Positions 8,949 to 17,837 of a stretch of 64,000 bases of DNA are shown here, piece by piece. Numbering within the stretch: position 1 is the first letter of the stretch; each line of letters opens with the position of its first letter. The notes below the pieces were generated by a model. The model saw only the letters and a program-made list of their open reading frames with translations. It was not told the DNA's origin and made no database searches. The stretch covers positions 3,778 through 67,777 of the forward strand of contig JAZNGE010000003.1 of NCBI GenBank assembly GCA_045576315.1, given 5' to 3'. The position numbers were made by a program, and so were the translations under genes. The stretch comes from Eubacteriales bacterium (lineage in GTDB: Bacteria; Bacillota; Clostridia; Oscillospirales; CAG-272).

Positions 8949-11034
8949 TATCTCGCTTACGGTCATATTATCGCTCTTGTTTATATTTTTAGGTGTGTTC
9001 CATTTTAACACCTCGTATGTTCGCTTTGCCGAGGCTTTGGGCGATTTATGGAACTCCGTCAAATTCTACTTTTTAGAGATTTTCGGGGTTGTTCATATCA
9101 CGCCGCCTACGGTGGAGAAATATTCCGAGGTTATGAAATGGGATATTTTTTTACCCGAAAACTTTGAGAGCTTCAAGACAGAAGCGGCAGCATACTTTGA
9201 TTTGCTGTTCAGTAAAAGCAACCTTTCGGCATACGGGGATTTGGTTTTCGGCAAGCTGGAGATTGTTGCAAAGGCTTCGGCTATGGTGCTACCGTGTATC
9301 CTCTTACTCGTGCTTGCGATAAAGAAAATCTACGGCGCGGGCAACAACGATCACGGCAAGGATACTATACCCCTGCGAGCGTTCAAGTGGCTGTCAAGCA
9401 AAACCTATCAGCCCATAAAAAGATGGGTGCTATCGTATATCGCCTTTATGAAAGAATACGGCTACATACCGATTTTATGGGCGATTCTGTGGGCGTTCCA
9501 TCTTAACCTTGCATCAATTATTATTGCTTTTTTCGCGTACTATTTCTATTTTGCGGTGTCCTTCCGCTTCGGCACGATGTACGTGCAGGTCTGCAAGCTC
9601 TTTATAGATTTGCAGGTCGTACTAAGGGTGTTCCCGTGGTGGTGGCTCGTTACATTCGGCTGGCTTCTGTTCAACCGTTTCAGACAAAGAATAGCACAGG
9701 CACACCTAAGACATCTTGAAGCCCGGAACTGCGGATTTATCAACGAGCTGCCTATCGTGTCAATGACTGTCGGCTCGATGGGAAAGAAGAAAACAACCAT
9801 TATTACGGATATGGCTCTCTCCCAAGAGGTTATGTTCCGTCAGAAAGCCTTTGAGCTTATCCGCAAAAACGATATGAAATTTCCGTATTTCCCGTGGATC
9901 AGCTTTGAAATGGAGCTTAGGCGGTGTATGGAATACGGTACGGTGTTCAATCTCGCAACCGTTAAGGAATGGGTGAAAAAGAAGCGGCTACGATACGAAA
10001 AGAACGAAAACGCCGATTTACAGCTATACGGATATGACTGCGAGCGCTACGGCTTTACCTATGATGACGGGCTTCGTATATGGGGGCTGTTTGACGTTCT
10101 CGAAAGCTATGCGCAGCTCTATTTTATCTACGTCATAGAAAGCAGCCTTATCGTTGCGAACTACTCCATACGAGAGGACAACCGCTGTATTGACGCGGGC
10201 AACTTTCCTATGTGGGCGACAGACTTTTTCCCGGAAATCACAGTCGAAGGCGGCAGGCACGCTCACATTCTCGATTTTGACGTCCTCAGACTCGGTAAGA
10301 AGGTCTTGGAGAACAATCCGAACGCCGGGAGCTTTGAATTTGGCGTAGTCGTTATATCAGAGGTCGGCAAGGAGCGCGGCAACGTACTCGACCATAAGGA
10401 GATCAAAAAGCACACCGAGGAAACCAACCAGAAAAACGACCTTTTCAACTCGTGGCTGAAAATGTGCAGGCACTCTGCAACGGTAGATAATTTCCCGTTT
10501 ATCAAGGTATTTACGGACGAGCAACGCCCGGAGAGCTGGGGAGCTGACGCGCGGGATCTGTGCGACATCGTACATATCGTATCTTCGGGCAAGATGCGGC
10601 TTGCTATGCCGTTCTATACCATAGAAGAAATGCTTACGGAATGGGCTTTTGACGGCTTTATCTCTATGTATTACGATTTTCGTCACAGACGCGGCGACAA
10701 TACGCTGCTCGTGCATATTCTGAAAACCGTTACGTCGTGGCTCTACAAGCGAAACGCCAAGATATATAACCGCTTCGGATATTCGGTATCGGCTATCGAA
10801 AAGGAGCGCGGCACGATGAACGGCAAGCCTGAAAAGAAGAAATACTACGTTATGAATAAGAAAATATACGCAAGGCGTTTTTCTACCGACTGTTTCAGCG
10901 ATTACTTTAACGAAATGGCAAGAAATTCAAAGGTAGGCTTGAATGACTATATGGAATATGCCACCGAAAAGGCAACCGTGGAAGAACTGAAATTACAGAA
11001 CAGCTATTTTATTAACGCGCTTTACGGAAAATAA
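8926..11034 (+). CDS. polytopic membrane Zot/pI-like (FtsK-HerA superfamily) ATPase
   Basis: several N-terminal TMs; Walker A variant GSMGKKKTT, Walker B VVVISE, MCRH, VFTDEQ..ARDLCD. Confidence 0.75.
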   Translation: MKKLRVFNISLTVILSLLFIFLGVFHFNTSYVRFAEALGDLWNSVKFYFLEIFGVVHITPPTVEKYSEVMKWDIFLPENFESFKTEAAAYFDLLFSKSNLSAYGDLVFGKLEIVAKASAMVLPCILLLVLAIKKIYGAGNNDHGKDTIPLRAFKWLSSKTYQPIKRWVLSYIAFMKEYGYIPILWAILWAFHLNLASIIIAFFAYYFYFAVSFRFGTMYVQVCKLFIDLQVVLRVFPWWWLVTFGWLLFNRFRQRIAQAHLRHLEARNCGFINELPIVSMTVGSMGKKKTTIITDMALSQEVMFRQKAFELIRKNDMKFPYFPWISFEMELRRCMEYGTVFNLATVKEWVKKKRLRYEKNENADLQLYGYDCERYGFTYDDGLRIWGLFDVLESYAQLYFIYVIESSLIVANYSIREDNRCIDAGNFPMWATDFFPEITVEGGRHAHILDFDVLRLGKKVLENNPNAGSFEFGVVVISEVGKERGNVLDHKEIKKHTEETNQKNDLFNSWLKMCRHSATVDNFPFIKVFTDEQRPESWGADARDLCDIVHIVSSGKMRLAMPFYTIEEMLTEWAFDGFISMYYDFRHRRGDNTLLVHILKTVTSWLYKRNAKIYNRFGYSVSAIEKERGTMNGKPEKKKYYVMNKKIYARRFSTDCFSDYFNEMARNSKVGLNDYMEYATEKATVEELKLQNSYFINALYGK

Positions 11035-11061
11035 ATCTTTCAGAAGGAGGTATTACAACTT

Positions 11062-12126
11062 ATGCCGTATGGAGAAACAAAGGTTTACTTCGACGGCAGC
11101 CATTATATTGCAATCCCTCATACTACGCGCCCGTCACGAAAGCGACCTGTGCGTATCGAGGAAGAAATCACGGTCTATGAAGATAGCCCGGCAAGCGAAG
11201 AAACTACGGATACGGCAACGGACGAAGAAAAAGCCGAGGTCGTACCCGTAGAGCTTGCAGAAGAAGCTGTCGTCAATAACATAGATACGCCCGAAAACCA
11301 AGAAGCTCCGGTAGAAGAAAAAGCGGTTGAGGAAAAGAAAAGCGGCGGGCGTAAAACTACCAGAAAGGAACTGTTTGAAAAGCTATATAAGGAAACGATG
11401 AATAAGCGCAGAGCCGAGCGAAAAAAGCTCATTATAAAGGCTATGCGACCATACTTTCAGACCGAAGAAAAAACCGAGCTTTACGTAAAAGCCAATTTAG
11501 AGAGAAAGCAACGAAACTTAATATGTCGGCGTATCCGTATGTGCCGTAAGGCGAACTTACAGAACTTCAATTATTTTTGCACGTTCACCTACGACGATAA
11601 GAAGCACACCGAAGAATCCTTCCGTAAGAAACTCAAAGGTCGGCTGTCCTCGTTTGCCAAGCGCCGAGGGTGGAAATACATCGGTGTATGGGAACGCTCC
11701 CCGAAAACGAGCCGCCTGCATTTTCACGGCATTTTTCATATACCCGAAGGCACGCTTCCAGGGATACTTCTCACGCATAGGGATTACAGCACGACGGCAC
11801 ACAAAATGCAAACGAGAAATCAATCCACGTATTTTAATGACGAGTTTGGAAGGTCGGATTTTGAGCCTATCAATGATAACAGGCGCATGGGCGAGGCTAT
11901 GGCGTATCTTATGAAATACCTTGAAAAGACGGGCGAAAAGATAATATACTCCAAGGGCTTGCCTCAATATTTTATCTCGGATATCCTCGATGATGATATT
12001 GTCTGCACCGTAGGGCAAGAAGAAAAGAAGTTCTTATTGTTCGATGACTTTAACTGCTTTGACGAGGGCTGCTATGTGGGCGAAGTAAGCCCCGCCGTTA
12101 TTGCAGAATTACGCAAATCCAACTGA
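11062..12126 (+). CDS. HUH rolling-circle replication initiator
   Basis: motif I FCTFTY, motif II LHFHGIF, motif III YLMKYLEK. Confidence 0.9.
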   Translation: MPYGETKVYFDGSHYIAIPHTTRPSRKRPVRIEEEITVYEDSPASEETTDTATDEEKAEVVPVELAEEAVVNNIDTPENQEAPVEEKAVEEKKSGGRKTTRKELFEKLYKETMNKRRAERKKLIIKAMRPYFQTEEKTELYVKANLERKQRNLICRRIRMCRKANLQNFNYFCTFTYDDKKHTEESFRKKLKGRLSSFAKRRGWKYIGVWERSPKTSRLHFHGIFHIPEGTLPGILLTHRDYSTTAHKMQTRNQSTYFNDEFGRSDFEPINDNRRMGEAMAYLMKYLEKTGEKIIYSKGLPQYFISDILDDDIVCTVGQEEKKFLLFDDFNCFDEGCYVGEVSPAVIAELRKSN

Positions 12127-12171
12127 CGCTTATACGGCGTACAAACAAGGCTTAAAAAACGAAAAATATTC

Positions 12172-12244
12172 GCCCGACGGGAATAATGCGAAGGATCGCC
12201 AAGCGGCTCAGCGGCGACCTCGCATCCGTCGGGCTTTCGTTTTT
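12172..12244. repeat. large hairpin downstream of Rep (terminator or packaging/sso signal)
   Basis: gcccgacgg...ccgtcgggc IR with inner stems, followed by T's. Confidence 0.5.
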
Positions 12245-12270
12245 CCGAGTTTAGTCGGTTTTGTCAGGTT

Positions 12271-12337
12271 GCAGGGCGTGTGCTTGTCTGGCGGAGCGCA
12301 GCGACGCCACTTGTATCAAGACAAGCACACGCCCTGC
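12271..12337. other. putative double-strand origin (Rep nick-site cruciform)
   Basis: perfect 19-bp IR gcagggcgtgtgcttgtct/agacaagcacacgccctgc enclosing ggcg..cgcc and cttgtatcaag. Confidence 0.7.
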
Positions 12338-12386
12338 TGACACGACCTAAACAAAACCCAAACTTTTCCCAAACTGTTACCGGCAT

Positions 12387-12418
12387 AAAAAAAAGGGAGA
12401 GTTTTTGAGGCTCTCCCA
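12387..12418 (-). terminator. intrinsic terminator of the minus-strand operon
   Basis: gggagag/ctctccc stem with A-run on the + strand. Confidence 0.65.
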
Positions 12419-12424
12419 TAACTG

Positions 12425-12673
12425 TCAATCCGTATATTTCAGCATATCCGCTTTTCGATTATAATAGTCCAAAAGCGCGTCCGTATATCCCGTAAAGTAA
12501 TGTCCCCAAGCCCAAGAGTATGTACCGTCTTTGTCCTTTGAGGTATTCCGAGCCGTGATATACATTCCGTCACTTTCTCGCTGAAAAAGCCCGACGTTTC
12601 GATTGCCTATACTGTGAAACGATATGCAGGTGATAACCATACCGGCGTTTTCAAATCTATATCCGCTATCCAT
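12425..12673 (-). CDS. hypothetical protein
   Basis: ORF with RBS in operon; SWAWGHYF motif. Confidence 0.7.
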   Translation of the reverse strand: MDSGYRFENAGMVITCISFHSIGNRNVGLFQRESDGMYITARNTSKDKDGTYSWAWGHYFTGYTDALLDYYNRKADMLKYTD

Positions 12674-12996
12674 TATACCACCTCCGACCTATCCGGGATA
12701 TACAGTTTTTCACCGACTCGCAACGCCTTATATGTAACACCGTTCAGCGTATGCGTAATCGTTTGAGGCTTGCCCTTCGCCGTAGCTCGTAAGATCATCT
12801 GCTTCGGCTCGTCGTAAACCTTTTCAATATTAACGTCAAGGAATTTTTCTTCGCTCGACGCTTCAATGATCGACATACCGTTTTTGATAAGCTCTGCGGA
12901 TAACTCCCACAGCTTTTCATATAAGCCGTTGGTATCCATAATAAAGCTGAAATCGTGTTCCTTGCAGTATGCTGTAACTCTGAAATACTTTGTCAT
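12673..12996 (-). CDS. hypothetical protein
   Basis: AGGAGG RBS before ATG at 12996. Confidence 0.75.
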   Translation of the reverse strand: MTKYFRVTAYCKEHDFSFIMDTNGLYEKLWELSAELIKNGMSIIEASSEEKFLDVNIEKVYDEPKQMILRATAKGKPQTITHTLNGVTYKALRVGEKLYIPDRSEVV

Positions 12997-13010
12997 AATG
13001 TAAAACCTCC

Positions 13011-14324
13011 TTATGCGGCAATAGCCTGTAATTTTCTGTTTGCGTGGGGCAACCACTTTTTATGTATGTACTCGTGAATTTCGGGTGTCGGCTTCTTATG
13101 ATTTGAGCCGTAGCTTTGGAGTATCTTGTGGGCGCTTAGCGAATATTCAATAGTAATCAGCGGTACGTCGGGCTGCTTTACGCTTCGTATGAAGAATATG
13201 AGCGTTTCCTCACGTACAAATTTCTGGTCGTAGCCCATTCTGCCAACACAATGACCGAGCGTTTCACCCTCACGTATCAGCTCGGCAGGACTCTTAGCGA
13301 TAAGGGCTATATACACATCGTCCTGCGCTCTCTGTAAGGGTAAATACTTTTCGGCAACGACAGCGAATTTAGCGTAAAGCTCCGCACGTTCCTTTTCATC
13401 GGCAATAGCCTTTGCCGTTTTGTACTCGTCTGTGCGAATATCGTGCCAACGCTGAAACTCGATAGGCTTGTAATTTTTCGGGAGCGACATATCCAAGCCG
13501 AGATAATTGCAAGCGTCAAGGTAGTCAAGGTATATCGCAAGACCGGCTTTGTGTTTCGCAACGTAGCGGTAGAAAAATTCAGCATCACCGTCGAACAGCT
13601 CCAAGATTTCCTTTCTTCTTCTATGCTTAGGCAGATTCTTTTTCGTTTCGGTGTATATTTGAAGCTCCGCAAGATCGCAGCCCTTCTTGTATGCCTGAAG
13701 CACAACCGCAACGTAATAATATCTCGCCGCAAGCTCCTTACGGTTTTGCGCGAGCCACTTGCAGAATTTCTTGTCTTTACCCATCATTTCAAGAATCTGC
13801 GTACTCTTAATAAAGTCGCAAAGTCCGAGCTTCATCAAATATTCAAGCTGCGGATACTGTTCATAAGTACGCAAATACTGTATAATCTCCGCGCCCTTGT
13901 AAAGCTCCCAAGCGGCGTATTTGTACTGTGGAAATTTCGCAAGAAATTCCAAGTTTACGATAGGCGCATGGGGATTAAAGTATTTATCATCGTTCCAACC
14001 CCATTCGCCGTCCTCGTACCACTTCGGCGCTTTCGTCAGACCTTCGCTGTACCAGCCTACGATATTGCCGGCTATGTAATTAAAAATCATATCTTTAACG
14101 TAGGCTCTATCCGAGTGAACACCGTGGACGGATACCTGTTTACAATACCAATTCTTATAACGGCATTTTACGGCAACGGTAACTTTTATCAGGTCGCCGT
14201 CGTTCTTGGCAAGGTAGGAATAAAAGCGAGTAAGTCCGTCTTGTGCAGGGTGCAGCTCACGGTCTTTCTTCTTAATACGCTCTACGATATATTTCGGTAT
14301 AGGTCTTAATTTCTCTATTTTCAT
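13011..14324 (-). CDS. PcfJ-domain protein
   Basis: YLDYL..C..LG, WHD, ELIREGETLGHCVG, IFFIR..P..TIE motifs. Confidence 0.85.
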   Translation of the reverse strand: MKIEKLRPIPKYIVERIKKKDRELHPAQDGLTRFYSYLAKNDGDLIKVTVAVKCRYKNWYCKQVSVHGVHSDRAYVKDMIFNYIAGNIVGWYSEGLTKAPKWYEDGEWGWNDDKYFNPHAPIVNLEFLAKFPQYKYAAWELYKGAEIIQYLRTYEQYPQLEYLMKLGLCDFIKSTQILEMMGKDKKFCKWLAQNRKELAARYYYVAVVLQAYKKGCDLAELQIYTETKKNLPKHRRRKEILELFDGDAEFFYRYVAKHKAGLAIYLDYLDACNYLGLDMSLPKNYKPIEFQRWHDIRTDEYKTAKAIADEKERAELYAKFAVVAEKYLPLQRAQDDVYIALIAKSPAELIREGETLGHCVGRMGYDQKFVREETLIFFIRSVKQPDVPLITIEYSLSAHKILQSYGSNHKKPTPEIHEYIHKKWLPHANRKLQAIAA

Positions 14325-14329
14325 TTTTC

Positions 14330-15295
14330 TTACCTCACTACAAATTTATTATCAAGAATTTCCGCAAGTAAGCAAAGAGCGTCTTTATCAAAAGCCTTTG
14401 CAAGCTCTATTTCAGCGGCAAGCTCGTCCGGCTCGTTGACAGGCTCTAAAACCTCGCCCGTTTCGGTGTCAACCTTAAAGGGCAACGGCTTTCTTTGCGG
14501 ATAGAAATTCATATTATCAGTATCAATAATTGCGACATTTGCAAAAGCGCGGATTTTCTCGCGGTAAACTTCTTCTACGTGGAAAGGAAATCCGACCATT
14601 TTTACACGTTCCGGGAGTCCGAAATCTCTGCTTGTAAGCGTCATTTCAAGCTCGTGTGCAACCGTAACGGCAGCATCACCGAAAACCTCGAAAAAGTCAC
14701 CGACTCGCATAGCAACGATGGTGTTCGGAAATTCCTCTTGATGATGCAAATATCTTTGATATAAGGGCGATATAGCGGGCTTCTCGACGGGTTTTACCTC
14801 GGTGATAGGTTCTTCCTCGGCATCGTCCTCGTCGTCCGCTGGGGGCGTTTCTGACGGCTCTGTATCGGTCAAATCGTCGGAGAAATCGAATAGCGAAAGC
14901 TGCGGCGATTCTTCCTTCGGCTTTGCCTTTGTTGTAGGCGCAATCGGCTTGACCGTTTCCGTCTTGGGTGCAGGCGCAGCCTTGTATTCTGTGCCGTCCT
15001 CGTTATAAAGCGTACCTTCGATGCTATCTTCTTCAAAGTAGTGGATACACCAGCCGAAAACAACGTCACTATGTATGCAAGCGCTTCGCGCTCCTTTTTC
15101 GGCTTGTTTTTTAGCTTCTTCGGTGGCGTAGCGCATAAAGCCGTCAAGCGTCTTACGGCTTATCAAGGTAACACCGTCTTTGACGATACGCACGCCGTTA
15201 TTGATTTTTTCTGCAAGTACCTCGCTTGCGTTTTCTTCAAGATATTTTTTAAGTATTTCTTGTTCTGTTCCTTTTGCAGTTAAATTCAACGTCAT
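14330..15295 (-). CDS. PcfK-like (AcrIIA9-related) N-domain fused to MutS domain I
   Basis: KTLDGF.RY..EEAKK..VVFGWCIHYFEEDSI; QLSLF; MRVGDFFEVFGDAA..ELEMTLTSR..MVGFPFH. Confidence 0.75.
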   Translation of the reverse strand: MTLNLTAKGTEQEILKKYLEENASEVLAEKINNGVRIVKDGVTLISRKTLDGFMRYATEEAKKQAEKGARSACIHSDVVFGWCIHYFEEDSIEGTLYNEDGTEYKAAPAPKTETVKPIAPTTKAKPKEESPQLSLFDFSDDLTDTEPSETPPADDEDDAEEEPITEVKPVEKPAISPLYQRYLHHQEEFPNTIVAMRVGDFFEVFGDAAVTVAHELEMTLTSRDFGLPERVKMVGFPFHVEEVYREKIRAFANVAIIDTDNMNFYPQRKPLPFKVDTETGEVLEPVNEPDELAAEIELAKAFDKDALCLLAEILDNKFVVR

Positions 15296-15351
15296 AGTTC
15301 AATCCTCCTTGTATTTATTTTTCCGTATAAAGTAAAAAAGCCCCGTCCGTA

Positions 15352-15597
15352 TCAAAAAGGATCTTGACGCCAGATGCCGTCTTTTACCTCTGAATATCGG
15401 ATAGGGATTATCACCCATTTGGGTTTGTTTAATATGTGGTTATCTTCACGGGCGCGCGGTGGAAAGCGTATATATCCTGCCTTTGCGTTTACCGCCTGCC
15501 TGTATGTATAAGTCATAAAGTGCCGCACGTATTCTTTCGCGCCTTCTTCTCGGTAACACACCTTATAACCGTAGGGATTATTCTTGTTTTTAGCCAT
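15352..15597 (-). CDS. small basic hypothetical protein
   Basis: tightly packed operon ORF with RBS. Confidence 0.7.
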   Translation of the reverse strand: MAKNKNNPYGYKVCYREEGAKEYVRHFMTYTYRQAVNAKAGYIRFPPRAREDNHILNKPKWVIIPIRYSEVKDGIWRQDPF

Positions 15598-15600
15598 AGG

Positions 15601-15879
15601 TCATTCCTCCGTATCTTCGCAGTAGTCAACGAGATCGGCGGCAACCGAAAGCGGCGTAGGTGTATCAAGCGTTCCCATACAGTAGTCATAATCGTAATAA
15701 TCTGCCGGGAATTTGTGTATAGCTTCAAGGATATGTATTGCAACGAAAAGCCGTTCTTCGTTGATACTTTTAATGGCAAAGTCCTTTAAGCTCTCGTATG
15801 TTGTTATTTGGTCGTTTTCCTCTGACAGCTTTTCGCAAGCGTCATTGAAATTCATTGAATAAAGCTCTTTTATTTTCAT
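15601..15879 (-). CDS. small acidic hypothetical protein
   Basis: AGGAGG RBS; D/E-rich. Confidence 0.7.
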   Translation of the reverse strand: MKIKELYSMNFNDACEKLSEENDQITTYESLKDFAIKSINEERLFVAIHILEAIHKFPADYYDYDYCMGTLDTPTPLSVAADLVDYCEDTEE

Positions 15880-15889
15880 ATAAGCCTCC

Positions 15890-16147
15890 TTATAAGTCAA
15901 AATTGTTTATCTCTGTTGCAAGGTGAAAACCGAGCTTCACGCCGCGCTCGAATGTAAATTCAATGCGTGCTGAAAACCTGTCGGCTATCTGCTTGTACCA
16001 AGTATCCAAAAGCTCTATTTGCTCTTTGTTAAGCGAGCTGCAAAGCAGGTCATAGGTTTCAAGCTCTTTACCCGTCTGATTAACCGTTGGATTTTTCTCG
16101 GCTTCGTTTATCTGACCGTAATATAAGCGATTAAGTAAGGTATCCAT
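15890..16147 (-). CDS. small helical protein (DUF6809-like)
   Basis: LNRLYYGQI...FERGVKLG pattern. Confidence 0.55.
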   Translation of the reverse strand: MDTLLNRLYYGQINEAEKNPTVNQTGKELETYDLLCSSLNKEQIELLDTWYKQIADRFSARIEFTFERGVKLGFHLATEINNFDL

Positions 16148-16157
16148 ATCTACCTCC

Positions 16158-16598
16158 TTAGTAATTTTCGCTGTCTTTCAGATATTGCGAAAGTGCTTTT
16201 TCCAAGCCACGAAGAAGCCTTTTATCCGCGTTGATTTCATCGACCGTAAGGCAAAGGGCGTCAAGCGTATCTTCAAGGTCGTATGTAATGCAATATTCGT
16301 GATTAGCAAGCTCATATAAAAACATATCTTTTATAAAGCCTTCGCCGGTGGTATCAGCGGCAATAGCATCTTGCTTTTCTTTTTCGAGCCTTTCCACTAA
16401 AGCGTGGAACGCTTCGCGATCCGTTTTGCGAATATAGCAACCGGCTCCGACGTGCAATATTTTATCGGTGTCGGTAGGCTCTAAGCCCCATTTAGCCATC
16501 ATTTCAGTAAATTGCGTTTGGCTGAAAGCTGCTCCCAAGGGGAAAGCGTTAAACTCTTTATGCTGTCTGTCTTTTAAGATTTGATATTGATTTTTCAT
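16158..16598 (-). CDS. hypothetical mobile-element protein
   Basis: RBS; AFSQTQF and MFLYELANHEY motifs. Confidence 0.7.
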   Translation of the reverse strand: MKNQYQILKDRQHKEFNAFPLGAAFSQTQFTEMMAKWGLEPTDTDKILHVGAGCYIRKTDREAFHALVERLEKEKQDAIAADTTGEGFIKDMFLYELANHEYCITYDLEDTLDALCLTVDEINADKRLLRGLEKALSQYLKDSENY

Positions 16599-16616
16599 TG
16601 TTTTATCTCCTTTGTT

Positions 16617-17183
16617 TTAATAAATTTCAATTAAGCCGCCGCTATATTTTTCAATAGTGCCGTCATACGAGAACGATTCTCCGTATTCGGCAAAATCGAA
16701 ATAGTTTTCCAAATCGCCCGGAAATTCATATCCGCAGTTATTGAATTGCTCGCGTCCGTAATCTTCCCAGCTATATCCTTTATAAAGGTGGATATCATCG
16801 TCCCAACTCTCGCCGTTTTCTTCGACAAGAGCTTCAAAATCCTTATAGCTGCGTACCTCTATGAAGGCTTCCATAACCTCGAATTTATCAGAGTCATACA
16901 AAACGCCTGAATCCCTCAAGGTTTCAAAGAGCTTGCGCGGGCTTAAATAGTCGGTATTCTCGCCCTCAAGGTCAAGATTTTCTATGTCTTGTACGAACAA
17001 TTCTTCGTCGATGCCGTTAAGCTGAAAGCCTTGCTTTTTCAGTTCTTCTTCAATTTCTTCCCAATCATCATAGTTGGAAAGTGTAATGAGCTTAGAGCCC
17101 ATAGCGCGTGAGTTTCCCGCGTTGTATGAGCCCCAAGAGCCGATAACGATTTTTACCTCATTGTAATTTACTGTTGTCATCAT
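16617..17183 (-). CDS. ardA: ArdA-like antirestriction (DNA-mimic) protein
   Basis: very acidic; WGSYNAG, EELFVQDIE, DYGRE..LENYFDFAEYGE. Confidence 0.7.
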   Translation of the reverse strand: MMTTVNYNEVKIVIGSWGSYNAGNSRAMGSKLITLSNYDDWEEIEEELKKQGFQLNGIDEELFVQDIENLDLEGENTDYLSPRKLFETLRDSGVLYDSDKFEVMEAFIEVRSYKDFEALVEENGESWDDDIHLYKGYSWEDYGREQFNNCGYEFPGDLENYFDFAEYGESFSYDGTIEKYSGGLIEIY

Positions 17184-17274
17184 TTTTGATTTCTCCTTCA
17201 AGTATAAGTTTTTCTTCAATTCTGTCTTTTGCTTCTTCGAGTAGTTCCGAGTAATCCCATATAGGCGTATTCAT
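17158..17274 (-). CDS. 38-aa acidic peptide (not in ORF track)
   Basis: GGAGGT RBS; MNTPIWDYSELLEEAKDRIEEKLILEGEIKNDDNSKLQ. Confidence 0.55.
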   Translation of the reverse strand: MNTPIWDYSELLEEAKDRIEEKLILEGEIKNDDNSKLQ

Positions 17275-17507
17275 TACGTTACCTCCTCAAAGTCGTTTAC
17301 GGATAGCTTCTTGTATTCGCAACCGTATTCAAAGTAGTATCCCTTTTCATCGGAAAGCAGCGGATATGTAACAACGCTTATTTTTCCTTGTCTTGTGATA
17401 GCTACTTGGATTTCACCTTTAAGCTCGTTAAGGTCAACGATGTTAAAGGTTACATAACATTCACCGTCGTGATACTGAAATTCATTCATATAAAACTTGT
17501 TTCTCAT
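17274..17507 (-). CDS. small beta-rich hypothetical protein
   Basis: AAGGAG RBS; operon context. Confidence 0.7.
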   Translation of the reverse strand: MRNKFYMNEFQYHDGECYVTFNIVDLNELKGEIQVAITRQGKISVVTYPLLSDEKGYYFEYGCEYKKLSVNDFEEVT

Positions 17508-17525
17508 TTTTATTTCTCCTTTTCT

Positions 17526-17825
17526 TTAATCTACGAATTTGTACCAAATCTTGTAATCTATCTGTACTTCGATAGTTTCTTTAGCGCCGTTTTTGGTTTC
17601 AACCTCAACTTCGCGTATTTCGTAATAACCGCCTGAGTGTTCACCGGGCTTATAGGGTATCGGGTGACAGTCTTTGATACAATCTTCAAATACCCTTATA
17701 TACGGCTTGTTTTCTTTGCTTTGGCAAGCAATAATCAAATCCGTATCGGTGATGTAACCTAAACCGGTTACTCTGGTTTGTCCGGTTTTACCGTACCTTG
17801 TAACTGCATAAACAACTTTTTTCAT
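17526..17825 (-). CDS. hypothetical protein, first gene of the minus-strand operon
   Basis: AGGAGGT RBS before ATG at 17825. Confidence 0.75.
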   Translation of the reverse strand: MKKVVYAVTRYGKTGQTRVTGLGYITDTDLIIACQSKENKPYIRVFEDCIKDCHPIPYKPGEHSGGYYEIREVEVETKNGAKETIEVQIDYKIWYKFVD

Positions 17826-17837
17826 TTTGGAATACCT

